From Tricharina praecox (lineage: Eukaryota), in NCBI RefSeq assembly GCF_024521635.1, contig NW_026250417.1:434001-498000 (forward strand): a stretch of DNA of 64,000 bases, in the 5' to 3' direction. The position numbers and the translations under genes are program-made. The number at the start of each line of letters is the position of its first letter. Positions within the stretch are counted from its first letter, which is position 1. The notes beneath the pieces were generated by a model that saw nothing but the letters and a program-made list of their open reading frames with translations, had not been told where the DNA came from and made no database searches. Shown here piece after piece: positions 1 through 13,956 of the stretch.

Positions 1-1
1 T

Positions 2-652
2 ATCGACATCGAGATGAGCTTTGAGGCAGTAGGGCCATCGGCACTCACGATTGAGGACATGGCGAACTCCTCACACGCGGGGGGCTACACAGCCACCATC
101 CCCTTCGACCCAGTAACCGGCGACATCATCACGCCGTCACCCGAGGTAACGACTGATCCCTTGGAGCTCGACGAAACCGACAGCGAAGCGTCGCGGCCGC
201 CGTCGCCGCATCCGGGCCCACCCCGCCGCGCGTCATCCCTCGCACAGCACCAACAGCAAGAAGCAGAAGAAGAAGAAGCGGAGAACGAGCGTCGCCGTCA
301 AGAATGGCACAATTACCATGCCAACACAAACCGCATCCAGCACCGCATCACCACGCTCTCCGGCCACCCGGCCGATATCGCCGCCTCCCACGCTACCGAG
401 TGCATCACCACGGCGATAATGCTCGTAACTGAGTCGGTGATGCTAAGGACTCTGGCTAGGGGTGTACTGGCGGCCCGCGGCCTGCACGGTTTCGTCTACC
501 CACCGCTGCAGCTCTTTGGCGCAGGCCAGGGATTGATCGCGAAAGCCCTCGTGGCGGGTGAGTGGGCGGCCATGTGGTTTCTCTTTGAGGTTAGTTGGAT
601 CACTTCGACGGCCGTAGGCGTGAGGTGGTTTGGGTATGCTAGGGCTTGGTAG
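2..652 (+). CDS. Hypothetical protein, 3' part of a gene starting before the window; hydrophobic C-terminus
   Basis: Frame is open from position 2 (IDIEM...) to TAG at 650-652, with coding-like composition. No family recognised. Confidence 0.65.
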   Translation: MDIEMSFEAVGPSALTIEDMANSSHAGGYTATIPFDPVTGDIITPSPEVTTDPLELDETDSEASRPPSPHPGPPRRASSLAQHQQQEAEEEEAENERRRQEWHNYHANTNRIQHRITTLSGHPADIAASHATECITTAIMLVTESVMLRTLARGVLAARGLHGFVYPPLQLFGAGQGLIAKALVAGEWAAMWFLFEVSWITSTAVGVRWFGYARAW

Positions 653-1729
653 GGTTGGTAGTAATGGTAATTGACATTTGATACTGGAGTTTGGAGTTTC
701 TGGAGGGGGGTGATTAAGAATACCTACCTCACTTTTTGTTTTTTTGTTTTGGCAATCCTACTTGTGTACCAGTTGTTACTGTTTTGTGAACATGTCGTGG
801 GAGAGGATGCAGTGTACTTACAATACACTGTAAAGTCGACGCGAATACTATTGGATTATTGACGACCGAGAAGTAGCGGGAAGCGTCAAGCTACTCTACT
901 ACCTACCGGTTCAAGAAGTTGAAGGGCAAACTGATAAGAGAAGGTTGCATGAGTAAGGGAATAATTGGAGACGGAGGGGGAAACGGAGGAGTCTCCAGGA
1001 GAGTAGAACACGGGGATCACGATGCCGCTCTGGACCTCTGGTCGCGCGAATGTCCCAGTTTTGGGGGATAGGAATTGCGGTGTCCTGTATGCTTATCCTG
1101 ACTCCTGTGCGCAGTGTGTACCTACTGGCGGCCCATCCCATGCCAATTGTGCCGGGAGGGTCCTCTGTCTATTGTGTGTGGTGGTTTGGATTGGTATACC
1201 TTAAATTCTATTCATTACTTAGTTACCGCAACCCGTACACATCCCGTACATGGGACTTAACCTCTGGTTATCTACTTCTGAGTACTCCGTGGACCCGTTC
1301 AATTGCATGTCCCACCGCGTTTGTTCTGTGCTCGATTTTGTGGAGATCTGGTTTATGGTTGGATTGGCTTTGGATTTAGATTCAGTGTTCAAGATATTCA
1401 CTAGTCTCCTGAAATCAACGTCTGCTTCCCTCAATTCTCCCTCTAAACGCCAGCAGCCAGCCGTACGTTATCCGTACGGATGAACGACGGAGTGATATGT
1501 AATGAATTCCACATGGTATTCTAAGCTCTTTACTCTAACCCTTCCCATCCAGCCCATTCAATAATGAACCGTACTTGCTCATTGATTCTCCCGTCCGCAC
1601 GACAACCCCCCTCTCGACGTTAACGACCATTCACGTTCACACCTTTAAAACAAAACCCCAAAAAGCCATAAATTCCCAACACGCCCCAGCACCGAACCGA
1701 ATCAAAACAAAACGCCATTACCAGACCCA

Positions 1730-4570
1730 TTACCTCGCAACCTTATCGTACGTACCCTTTTCCAGGTCCTCTATACCTTTCTCCCTCGTCAACACTGTCG
1801 GCTGCACAACCTTCGTACGGGGCATCGGCCGATCGAACCCGAACCTGACCCTCGAAATGCGAGTCATATAGTCGATGCTCGGCGTTTCCATGCGCAGCAC
1901 CGACTCGCGAAAGAGCGTCTGCGTCTTCCAGTCGTACGAGCACAGCACCGCGCGGAGCATTCCCCCCTCGCTGCCGGCGACCAGGGCCATCACTGGTGGG
2001 CGCACGGCGGTGATCATGTGCACGGTCTGTCACTCACTCGTTAGCTTTCTGATTCCACATTCGAAGGATGGGGGTGGAAAAGAGACAGGTATGTAGGTAC
2101 GTACCAGTGAGAGCGTGTCCACGATGGTAAACACCTTTTGCGCGCCGAAGGGGCTGTTCTTTGCCTTGTTGATGATCCTACGTAGTTTCGGGTCGTCGGT
2201 GGGGTCGCGCCCGACCCGCTCCCCGAGCTCGTTGGTCGAGTGCCGCGAGAACTTGCTTCCTGCGGCGCTCCATCGCATGCGGCCGAATGCGTGGCCGAAG
2301 ATGTGCGCCTCGATCGTCTGGATGTCCATGTACCCCTCGAAGCCGAATAGGCGGGCTTCGCACTCCCAGATCTTGCCGCCGTAGACGATCTTGACTAGGT
2401 ACGGCGCCGTGAAAAGGACGAAGATGTTTACGATCAACATGATGATGCAGGCAATGGCGGTGGACTGCAGTTGGAATGTATAGGGGTCCCGGTACCCGGT
2501 TTGGCTCATGGAGGCGCGGAGGTACGGCGCAGTGCTGCTGATTATGACGGCGAAGATCACCAAAGTAACGGGACAGAGGCGGAAGAGGAGGCGGGCGAAG
2601 AAGCGCTTCCACGACCGGACGCGCCGGGTGTACACGACCCGCTTGAAACCGTCCCATTGGATTGCGGCGGCGTGGCAGCCATCGAGGATTGCCGTGTCGT
2701 TGTCGCAGATGCCCGCGATCTGACAGCGCGGTTGGATATCCCAGGGACAAGCGCCCCAGGCATCGTCGCTGGTGAGCCAGTGTCCGCCTTGAAGCCGCGG
2801 GAGAAGGCAGATGAGACGCTCGAAGAGCCGGTCGGTGTCGTTCACCAGAGACAGGCGGGCCGTGGCTTGGAACTCGGTGTCGGTGCTATCGATCTTTGGG
2901 CGGCGCCGGAGGAGTCCCATGAGGGCGTACGCCAGGTCGCCCTGGAAGTAAAGCTCCTTCACTCGTCGGCGATGAAGGCAGCGGAAGGCGATCACCGTCA
3001 GCTCCAGACGGCTGAGAATCTGAGTGCCGAGGTAGTGATCGAGCAGCTGGCGAGCCTCGGCGGCATCGCTCCATGCCCGCCGCGCAAAGTCCCGCTTTGG
3101 AATGATCTCCACATCCAGTGACTTCGACTCCGGCTTCTCACTGGACACATCGGCAAAGTTCTTCTTGTACACGACGATATCCTTGTGCTGGGGACTCAGC
3201 AGTACTTCCGGGAAAGTCCACATCCTCGCCGAGAACTGGACCAGAAGGTCCGTTGACCTGGTGTCCTCCCAGTGTTCGGGGTCGTGGCTCGGCTTGAGAG
3301 CGATGGCGAGGGTCTCCGCCCCGCGGATGATATCGCTCATCCGGTACATATCCTGAGCCAGCACTTTCCTTGAGGGCATGCACATCGCGGAGCACCAGAA
3401 CGCCTTCACGCCCGCCTGTCTTGCCGCAACCTCGCCGATCTCCTGGAGCGCCGCCATATCCGCCTCGTTCCGCTCGTCAAACTGCCTTGTCGAGAATGCG
3501 AGGAAAACGTATGGCGTAGCAGTTGCCCCATTCCGTACTGGATCCTTCGAGCCGACTGCGATCTGGATTCCTGTGCCCTGCTCGTGGAGATAGCACAGAT
3601 ACGACGGCCTCAGCAGCCGCTCCTGCGTCGGGTTCGGAGTGATCGAGTCCGCACTCAGCACCACATCCTCGAGTGTCCGCTCTTCCGAAAAGTCCTGGCG
3701 GTTCTCGCGGACGTTCTTGAATACCTTCGGGTAGCCCCAATATTGGTACGGGAAGGGATCGTACAAGCCTCTGTTCCCTGTCACCGCGAGGCGTGTCGGC
3801 CACGGGAGTACAAAGAACAGTCCCACCACCGATGGTAGCCACTTCAATGCGACCAGCCACACCGCGTCCCCACTGCCTTCTATTGCCGAACCGGAATCTT
3901 CCTCAATATCTTTCAAGGGCCAGTAGGCGAGCCGTACTATCAGGGGCCCGACATTACGCACGTGCGTCCGTCTCCACGAGTTCGCACCCGGCCGGTCGAG
4001 TGTGTAGATATCGTCGGTAGCGGCAACCACGAGCTTCCGCAGCTCGGCCGAGTCCGGCGTCATATACCGATCCATGTCGTCGAGTCCGGTGTACGTGCGG
4101 CCCATCGAGTCCCGGTGGAGCTTCAGCGACGGCAGGTGGCTCTGCACCGTCGGTGGCCGATAGAAGTGGGGCGAGGCTAGGAAACGGTACCGGACGCCGG
4201 TCAGGAACCAGTTTACGGGCCCATTCTGGGGGGTACGCTTGTGTGATGTCTTCTCGAGTGTTGGGTGGAGGTACTTTTTGTTTTCTCACTATCAGTACGG
4301 TTTCCTTTCCGTCTCCCCGAAGAAGGGACGTACACTGTGTGATAACCGCCGGTCAACGGGGACATCCTCAGAAGGTGAGGAGGAAGTGGAGGAAGAGCTG
4401 TCGCCAACCATCCTCCGGCGCATACCCGGCTCCATCACCTCCGGGGCAGTGGAGTACCGAGTGGGGATTTCTGCTGGCTGCTCGGAGGTATAGTATTGGG
4501 GTATCTCATAGCCCTCATCCGTGGCACCGTTCACAGCCAGTTCAAAAGTGGAGACCTGGTCGGGATCCAT
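1730..4570 (-). CDS. Membrane protein with HET-like domain, 3 exons
   Basis: ORFs 4292-4570, 2030-4147 and 1730-2023 join through a 60-nt intron (~4273-4332, GTACGT...CTGAT...AAG) and an intron at ~2030-2104 (GTACGT...GCTAAC...CAG). Motifs FWCSAMCM, DMYRMSDIIRGA and RMWTFPEVLLS resemble HET-domain motifs. Hydrophobic segments flank the domain. Confidence 0.8.
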
Positions 4571-6614
4571 CCTGAGAGAGGGAGAAGAAGTGGGGGGCGG
4601 GGGTATAAAGGAATATCTTTTTCGGTGGATGGTTATGCTCCACGACGGGCTCGGGCAGGTTTATATCCCTTTCTTGAGCCTGCTCAACTCTGGAATTTCT
4701 TCTCTGCACATACATATCGTACCAGCTCGCCGGTTTTGCAAGCCCTCGGAGAAGTCGCCGTGGGGTTGTAATAACCACATGCATCAGGATCCAGGAGGAT
4801 ATATTTTCTTTCCTTCTTTCCCCATCTGCGGAATAACCCACCACTGTCCACCTTAGGCTCTTGCATCCTGTCAGTCTGTGTGCCTAAATTCTACGCTATG
4901 TTGGAGTACCTAGTAGAACATGCGCAGGGCGAAGCACAAGCGCAGAGAAATGATACGCATACCCCATACCCCGAAAAACTTTGCCGCACTATGCTTATTA
5001 TGAAAGGGACCGTTACTGATAGCTGTGCGCTTCAGCACGGTGGAAATAATGAGTGCCCATTGACTGTACCGACTCCACTCACTGAATTGTATCCATCCGA
5101 TCCATTATATCCATCCACTGTCATTCACTTACCCAAGTATATACTTTAGTGCCAATGGTTCTTTTTACCTACATGCTCTATCTGCGCAGCACACCCCGCA
5201 ACGGCCAAGATCAAGATCACTTGAACTACTCTGGGTACATAGGATGAGTATTCTTTGAAGCCTTGGCCGCGATGATGTATTTTTTGGAGAGATTCTGGTT
5301 CACATCTCAGTCCCTTAGCGTGGTGGTGGGTGGCTCACGATTTCACAAAGCAGACATTGTCGCCCAGAACCTGCGAACTGGACCGAAAAAGATACCAAAA
5401 ATACGGTGGAAGGAGGCGAGAATGCGCACACAACTTATTGCCTGTAACTATTTCGAAATGAAAATACCGGGTGGTACCGTGGTAGAGTATGGTAGCGTAT
5501 GCAGTACAACTTCGTTACCAAGTCTGATACATACCGGTAGATTAACTCGGAAGGTGATGCAGACAACCTACTTTCATACTAGAAGTGCCCGTGTTCTATG
5601 GAATATGCAGGGGGCTAGAGATGAGATCTCGTGTTTTTTGGCTGGGTTGGAGCCGGGGAGTTCCATTTCGTTTGATCGTAGTTGGATACTCGCATTGAGT
5701 CTAGAAGTGTGGAGGCGGTAGGGGCTCGGGTGATGAAACGAAATTGTAGGATGCATGCAGAAGCACGAGTGAGAATTGGTGAAGGCATGAGTAACCTTCA
5801 GCCCCATCGTCAGCCTCGCCAATAGTTTGAACCGGTAGATTTCCGGATAGAACTGTACCGATTGGGACTGTTGATGGGTCGTAAATCGGTAATTTGAGCC
5901 AGCTGACTCGCTCTAGGGTTGGTTGACTCGGTGGAACCAGTGGGTGGCGCCTGGGGTAGATTCCAAGCCCGCTGTGACTGACTGACTGCTATTCGTTGCC
6001 AATCGGAGGGGCATCGGTGATGACACTGCCGCTATGGTGTGGGGGTTTGAGTATCTAGCGCCAGCGTCGACATTCTTCCAACCTCCACCACGATATATGG
6101 CGCTTAATCTACCGTTCATTCCTGCCGTGTTCTTCAAGAATTCAGCGGCTTGTTTTCTCGGAACGTGAAATTATCATCGGACCGGTGACGGCGGACGCTC
6201 TCTGGGAAGGAGGCTCTCCGTGGAGGCCCCCGAGAGCAGCAAGCGGTTCAATCGTGGGATGCATTGCCAGTCTGGGGAAATATGATATGTCTCTGGTTCC
6301 ACCGAAGCCTCGTTTTTGCCGCTATGTCTGTAACACAGGGAGGTAGCATTGCGGCTTCCCTGATACAGCATTCGGTTCGCCTGCTATTTACCAGCAACCA
6401 CAGTCCCTGGTCCGAATCGTGTCTGGTTCTTGAATCTTCTCCAAACTGAGCCAGTTCACTCACTTTTCCAAGTTTAACTGCTATCTAACTGTTGGGGGCT
6501 CTGCCCATCGTACATAGCAAAAGACAAAATGAGCTCTATATGACAGCATTGAGAAAAGAACTCAGCGCCTGCGCTGCTGGATGTATTACAGAAGTATCCG
6601 ACAAGCCCACCCTA

Positions 6615-7116
6615 CTACCGCCGCCAGAACGCCCACGACCTGCTCTTCTTCACCGTCTTGTACCCAACCGGCACCTGCGTCTGGCTATACCCGGTAGTAC
6701 CGGTCAAACAGCGCCCCACCTGACCTACCGGCTGTATCCCCGCACTACTGTTCACGGGCATAGTCGCCTACCCAGTCAGCGCCTTCACCACACAACAGCA
6801 CAGAGATACTCACCGTCCTCCTCTGCCCCTGCTCCCTCTCGCACCACACCGGATCTCTATCCCTCTGTTCGATGATGCACTGCGACCCCGCGCTAAAATA
6901 CCCGCCTCCATGCATTGGCCGGCCAATCCTCTCCCTGAGGCATCCAGGACTTATCGGCGGCGGCAGCGTTGGATCCTTGTCGCCGTCCCCGTCTCCATCC
7001 CCGTCTCTATCTCCAGGTGCCAGCAGGATCCGTGAGTTCTGAACGTTGTAGTAGCCATTGCCGTGGACAGCGGTCATAGCCCTGTTCGGGAAGTTGTTGT
7101 TGTTGTTGTTGTTGTT

Positions 7117-7173
<57 letters not shown>

Positions 7174-7263
7174 GCGGATTTCGCGGACGGATATGGGCGC
7201 GGGTTGCGGGAGGTCTGAGATGGAGGCGTGAACGATGTTGAGGATGGGGTGGGTGTTGGCCAT
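6615..7263 (-). CDS. Orphan ~200-aa protein with 27-Asn tract, 2 exons
   Basis: ATG at 7263. A phase-0, 46-nt intron at 6768-6813 (GTGAGT...GCTGAC...TAG) joins a second exon that is open to TAG at 6615-6617. Confidence 0.55.
7093..7173. repeat. (GTT/AAC)27 microsatellite encoding poly-Asn
   Basis: Read directly; one ATT interruption. Confidence 0.95.
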
Positions 7264-8544
7264 GGTTGCTGGTTTAAGGTGACGGGGAAAGGGATGGAGA
7301 TGCGGATGGGGATGCGGATTTTGATATAGAACGGTGTGTGTAAGCTGGGGCCCATGATGTTGAAGTTGCAAATGTTATGATGAATTTCTCGTCTCCGCTC
7401 ACCGGAATACCTAGACCATGGTAGACTCGCACGTTTTAGGTAGGCGAGACGTTATACTGGGCCTTGAGTAACATATCATACCGTACTCTAATAACCCACT
7501 CAGAGGTAACGTCTCAGTTCTGTTTTTGTGGGGGCTTATTATTGCTTGAACAGGAAGTAAAGCAGATACAACTATACAGATACGGTAGGTACTCTGTCTA
7601 TGTAATAGCACAAGCCAGGATAGCTAATTATATGGAAGGCCTATTGCCGGATATGATAATAGAAGTATTACCTCTCAAGTGAGATAACAATTACGGTATG
7701 CAGGGACCAAGTGCATAACCATCCTGAAGGCTGAGATGATCAGGGCTGGCTCGAGGGCGGCAAACACCGTAGGTAGTGTAGGTATCATACATCATAGCAA
7801 TGCAGAGGCCGCCACCACATTCGTATTTACATGTGCGCATACCCAATTCCTCACAGGCCGAAACATCAAGATTTTTCTTCTGTGAGGCTGAATGCTGAAT
7901 GCTGAAGCACCGGGTCATTCTTCTGTGAGGCTGACGATGTCGGCCATCTTGAACGCCGCTTGTTGGTGGCGGTTTCCTAGTGCATAAAAACAGGGGAAAG
8001 GGGCGGAAAGAAGAAAGCTTATCTGCACCCCTGGACGGGACTCACCATGACTGCGCACGTTTGTTTTGCTTTTGGGGAAACACAGGGAGTCGCCATGGTG
8101 AGAGGTAATATGATGACGATGGCAGTGGAGTGCTTGAGGGTTCGGGCCTGACAGGGAGATTTGTTGGAATACCTACCACAATTTGGGTTGAGCTCGTATT
8201 CCCCATGGCCGTGGAAAGGGGCCAGAAGGTTTCATGAGCATATCGCCGACTACCTAGATATTAGTACTGCCTTCCTTCGTATTCTGCATCTCAGTCACAG
8301 CCTCACCACACTACGAAATGTCTTCAAGAGTGACCGCCAAGGCCTGGAGACGCTGGAGGGGCAAGTATTACAAGAATTGCCTTTCAACAACCTGATACAC
8401 CATTAAACACCCGGCAGAGTGGGATTCCAGAGTAGACAGTACCTATATGAAGCACTCGCCATCTTTTCCTTCCGTTGCGGTCGACCTGGAGGCTCGTAAT
8501 TGTAGACGTTTCCCTCAGTGCCCAAAGCTTCGCCCGTTTTCAGC

Positions 8545-10096
8545 ATGTCCAATCACTCGAGCAGTCAACATACAATGTCCTCGCACCTGCTAGAACACCA
8601 GCCGGACCGGGACGCCTACCGAGTTCTCGGCCAGAGAACACCGTCCACCAACAAGCCGGCCTTCAGTCTCCGGGCTCTCCGGGCCTCTCCCACCACCAGC
8701 ACCGCCCCACTGGAAGTTACAGCCGCCGAGATTGCAGCCATCAACACCCCCGTAAGCCAGTTCCATTGCGCCGCCAAATCCCGACCAGGACGGACGGAAA
8801 ATCTGACACCGGATACCTAGGTAGATCGACGTCTGGCTCCCGGGTCTTATCACGCTCAAAAATTCCGCGCAACATCCAGTGGCGGTGTTGTTCACGCCAA
8901 CAGACAGTCCCCACGACGATAACTTCCAGCACCTCGAGTCCCTACACGCCGCCGTGGGGGTACCGAGCGCCTACCTCCTCGAGCGGCACCAGGGAGTAAC
9001 GCACTCCTTCGGCTCGACGCCCATTGCTGCATGGCTCCACTTCCTCTGCAAAGCGATCAAGCTCCAGCAGACACCCACTGGCTACCGGATTGAGGGGTCG
9101 AATGGTAGAGACAATAGCTGGCTGCAGGGCGGGTGGCATCTTTCCTACACCAAGGATGCAGCAACGGGCGGGTATAGGGTTTTGTTACTCACCTCGGGAC
9201 AGTTTCCGGAGCTGGAGAGTCGCCTGCAGGTGTGGTTGCTGGCGGGCGAGAATCTGCAAACAGTCCAGAAGGATCCGTACGCGCTGTGGATTCCGGCGCT
9301 GATGGAGGCGTGGAAGTTTGTTGACGACGTCACTTGGGGGCTGGTTACTGTGTTCGGAGGAATGGAGGCGGTTCGTTGTTCCCTCCTCCTCCCTATCAAA
9401 CCGTCTCCCAGGGAAATGGCTAAGAAGGGCATCATGTAGTCAATCATCACTCACTCCGCCACGACAACTCTGGAAATCGACTACCAGGAACTCCACAACC
9501 TAGCGAAGCATATAATCCACCTCTCGGAGAGCAGCTCCGCAATACTCTGCAGCCTGGAGAGTCTCCTCTCCTCGCACGGCCGGCTATTCCCGTCCAGTCC
9601 ACAGGTGCACGAGGGGATAGAGTACGTCCGCAATCTATTCAAGTCGACGAACCTACGTCTGGCGAGTCTGAGCAAGAAGGTAGAGAACACGATCAACCTG
9701 ACGTTTCACATCGTGGCCCAGCAGGATAGCAAGCGGGGGGTCGAGGCGAATGGGATCATGCTTGATGACTCGGCCACGATGAAGGTTATAGCCTGTGTTA
9801 CTATGTTTTTTTTGCCCGGGACGGCGGTGGCGGTGAGTTCTTCCTCCTCATTCCTAGTGGTCGGGTGTGGAAGGGTGTGCTGATGGGATGGGTGTGTGAA
9901 GACGATTTTCGGAAGTAATTTCTTCTGGATGGAAGACGGCGACTTCTCCATGAGTGGGGAGTTTTGGATGTATTGGCTTGTCGCATTACCCGTGACGCTA
10001 ATGGTGTATATGTTCTGGCGCTGGTCGCTAGACTTGAAAATGATCCCCTCGTGGCCACCGAGGAGGAGGAGGAGAGATTCGAGGTTTGGGGGATAG
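8545..10096 (+). CDS. Fungal CorA-like Mg2+ transporter-family protein, 4 exons
   Basis: Introns 8752-8824, 9371-9439 and 9833-9901 join the ORF pieces. C-terminus DSATMKVIACVTMFFLPGTAVA/TIFGSNFF...FWMYWLVALPVT is the typical two-TM end of fungal CorA-like proteins. Confidence 0.8.
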
Positions 10097-10559
10097 TGAG
10101 ATGCTGTGATTGCTTCGCTTCACAATACCTCACTCGACCCACTCGACCCGCTCGACACTGGCGGTTGTTTTAACTTTTGGGCTGTTCGAGCGCGCTTCTT
10201 TCCATTCACATGTGTTTCCTTTGGAACTCTTGGAACTCTAATCTCTCAAAGGGAAGCAGGATAGAGGGCAATAAGGAAACCTACGTACACCGAGCCGCAA
10301 TGCAGTGGGGATGTACAGAGCGATGATCTACCAAGATCGAATGCCATGATGCCTCAACAAAAACATCCCGCCCAACCTCAGACGTGATCTCCTCTTTGTC
10401 TTTGGACACGAAAACTATCCATTTGGCAAGATACTTCCAAGTTCCCACCTGCAGCATAGACCAAACAAATTGGCAGTATACCTCTCATACCTATATAAAG
10501 AACCAAGTTCCAAGTTCTAAGTTCCAACACATCCCACATCTCACATCCCTCTCTCTCTC

Positions 10560-10580
10560 AAAAAAAAAAAAAAAAAAAAA
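10560..10580. repeat. Poly(A) run of about 21 nt
   Basis: Read directly. Confidence 0.9.
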
Positions 10581-10922
10581 CCATACAAGTTAAGTAAGTT
10601 TCATCATGATATCAAATCAGCACGCAACATAAAATACCTAAGTAAAGTAAACAAGCAAGTAAAAACAGAGTCAAGTAAAAGCCAAAGCCAAAGAACACAT
10701 TAACCATCTTTCAAAACGAATGACACCCACCCACCCACCCACCCGCGCACGTGCGACGTCGTCCAGACCAACCAATCGACCAACCAACCAACCGAAAAAA
10801 TGAGAAGCCACGGAAAAAAACACACGAACTCCAGTAAAAGCCAGCAGGTATCATTCCAACCAAACCAACCCCGCGCATCCAGTGCAATTTCCCCCACCAC
10901 CCCAACCGTGCAATTGTTGTCA

Positions 10923-13900
10923 CTAGTAATCCATCGGCGGGTCTACCAATTCGACACCCCTGGACGGTTCCTCATGGTTCTCACCATCCGCATTACTCAC
11001 GAGCGAATCCCGCTTCCCACCGCGCGTCAGATTGGCGCCCCTCCGCGGGAAGCGACTGCTAGCTGCGTGGCCGCTCCTGCTCAGACTATTCTTCTTCTCC
11101 AGACCTCCCTGGGCCGCCACCTCCTGCACCACCGCCGATGTCGGTGGCGAATTGGCGCCGGAGTCCAGTGCACCGTCCTCGCGTGGAGGCGGTGAGTGGA
11201 CCGTCTCGTTTTCGAGCGGAGTGGTGGGTTCGGCGCCGGGGACCTCTAGGCTATCGCGCTGCTTGTATCCGCGCGAGCTCCGGGGACTACTGCTGGTGGG
11301 CGAGGTGTTGATGGGGAAGCGGGTAACGTCCGAGGATGTGCCCCGTCCGTGCCGGGCAGGCGGTGCCGGACTCGACGATCTGCTCTTAGCAGCACCGATC
11401 ACTGCGCGGTTGCGTGCCTCGACGTGCGCACGACGGTGGCTCTCGTCCGTGGAAACGGCGCGCGGGCGGGCTCCGGCGGAGGAAGCTTTCTTGAGTGCGC
11501 CGAAGATCTGGTCCTTGTATGCAAACAGGTCGCGTACGAGGCGGTAGGTGTGGCGCTCGTTCTGCGTGAGCGAGGACTCGACACGGGGACGGAGGATAAC
11601 ACTGGCGAGAGACTGCGCCAGAGCCTGGACGAAGGCCTCGTCGGCCGAGGTGAGCTCGATCAGTCGGGTAAAGTGCGTGGTGATGGCATCCAGTGTGGCA
11701 ATGTTGGTAAGCGGCAACGAACCGAGAGTGCTCTGGATGACAGTAAGACGGTCCGCCTCCTTGCCTTCGCCGCCGTGCGTGGTGTAGACTGTCTTGATGA
11801 TTTCGTACTTTTGCGAAGACACGATCGAATCTATCCGCCGATCAGATGACACCTCCCCAAAAACAGAGCATCGAGAACTTACCAGGAAGTTCCAGGAGGT
11901 AAAGCTTCAAGACGCTAGCAACGATAGGGATCTCGTAGTTGGCCAGAGTTTCCTTCGTAGGGGCTTTTCCGTCATTGATGGAGTTTCGGAGGTGATGGGT
12001 AGCAGCTAGCGGGACATCGACCAACCAAATACCACGCCTAGCCTCGTCGCCCTCGAGATCGGGGTAGTCTGTTGATCGTTAGTTATCTCCGCTCCCACTT
12101 ACTGCACCTCCCTGTGAACTTACGGTGATCCAGATAAGTCAAGATGCTGGTGATGACGATAGGTACTCGCTTCCGGTCCGCCCTCGCCCTAGCTTCCAGA
12201 TCCACACCGAAGGTTTGCTCTGCATACAGTCAGTATCAGAAACCCGCCGTGAAGCCAATGGGGATGATGATGAACGGACCATCTGGAGAATTGTAATAGC
12301 TCTCGTAGGGGATGACCTTCGGTACAAATGACCCAGTCCGGTAGTTCTCAATCAAGTACCGCAGGTCGGTCGCAGGCAGGATCGACTCTTGGTGCGTCTC
12401 GATCTGTGTCAACGTCTTCTGCAGAGTAGGAATCACATTGGACACGGCTCCAGAGAAGTCTAGGATGACTATGGTGGACCTTCACGTCAGCCTGGACCAA
12501 CTGTCACTCAACTCCCTAAAGACGAACCTGATTTGATGGCCTTTACCCGGTCCAACTCGCACTTCTCCATAAACTTGAGGTGTTCGATCATCGCCTCCTC
12601 CAGTTGACATCTCGTGAGATCTAGAGCCCGGATACCCGCCTTGTACCTCGCGTCGGCCTCCTTTGCTTCCCTCCTCAATCTATCGTTGGGTGTCTCTCCC
12701 GGGTGCTGATTGCTCAGAAGACTCCCGAGATAGTCACCAACATACGCCATGGTTGGGCTGGAAGCATCGTTGCTGACTTCGCCGTTCATGTGGATCGTCG
12801 GTGTCCTGGCGAGCGACTTGTTCACCGGCTTCGGGCTGACCATGGCCCACTGGAACGCCTTCGGTCGGAACTGGTAGTTCATCTTGGGGCTATTGGAGAA
12901 AGTATTCCCCACAGCTCCCACCAGCCGCAAGAAGCCGTGACCGACCAAGTCTTGCCCGACGCGTTCCGCGTAAGAGATGGACGTGGCGGTCCAGTTCTTC
13001 ATGATCCAGTTCACTAGGACATCTCCGGTGGCTATATTTGGGTATGTCCCCAAGATGGCAACCTTGACCTCGCCCAGCGGGATCTCATTCAACATATCCT
13101 CCAGCTTCTTCTTGACTATACTGGGTTGCACGAACTCGTCGCCGATCTCCAGGGGATCCAGATCCTCGTCGTCCTTCTCGAGATCGGATGCAACCTTGAT
13201 GATGGGTGTGATCTTGGCGGTGGTCGGAGTTCCAGCGGACGCGGGCGCATCCGTCGCGACCGGGGCCGGCACGGCAATGAACTTTGTCTCCTCCTCCATG
13301 TCCTCAACCTGGCGACACTTGTTGAAGTAGCTCGACCGCAGCTTCTTGACCTGCTCGTGCTGCTTATCGTATGCCCGGATAAGGTCACGTAGTTCGTCAT
13401 GCGAGTTGTTAACTCGGTCCGCGTGGTCTTCGCACCACCGAGCAAATGGCTGAATCACGAGGCTGCGGATGCTGTCGGCAACTTTGCGATGGGCTTTTCC
13501 CGCCTATGCGTGCCGTCTCCGTCAGCTCACCATCCACCAACCGCCCAGAGTTAGATGGGGAGCGGGGGGAAAACACCCACTTCATCCATCTCATTTCTCA
13601 ACCCTTCAAACGCCTGCAGCACCCATCGTCAGCACGCGACTCTCTCTCCCTTTCCCTTTCCATTTCCCCTTCCCTGGCGACCGATAGCGAGAAACAGACC
13701 TGCCGAGCAGTAGCGCCATCGTCTCTCCCGAACCCGCCGTTCTTGTCGGTAGCGGCCGGTATCGCGCAAAGTTTGGTGCCGTACAGCTCCTCCGCATCGG
13801 CGCGTAGCCGTGCCACCATCAGCACCTGCTGGTTCTCGATGACACCCTGCTGAAGTTTGCTGAACAACACGCCGAGGCCTGCAACATCGGTTCTTATCAG

Positions 13901-13925
13901 CGACCGCTCCTCCTTCTGCTTCTTC

Positions 13926-13956
<31 letters not shown>

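Noticed and set aside
4286..4294. In-frame TGA TAG TGA as readthrough or A-to-I editing sites
   Set aside because: They lie inside a 60-nt GT-AG intron.
5900..6470. Short minus-strand ORFs that may be a decayed gene
   Set aside because: No motif and the frames do not join convincingly.
7690..8097. Minus-strand ATG, GTGAGT donor and a duplicated CAGCCTCACAGAAGAA
   Set aside because: Gives only a very short peptide; not supportable as a gene.
8822..8824. In-frame TAG as an editing-corrected premature stop
   Set aside because: Better explained as the intron acceptor.
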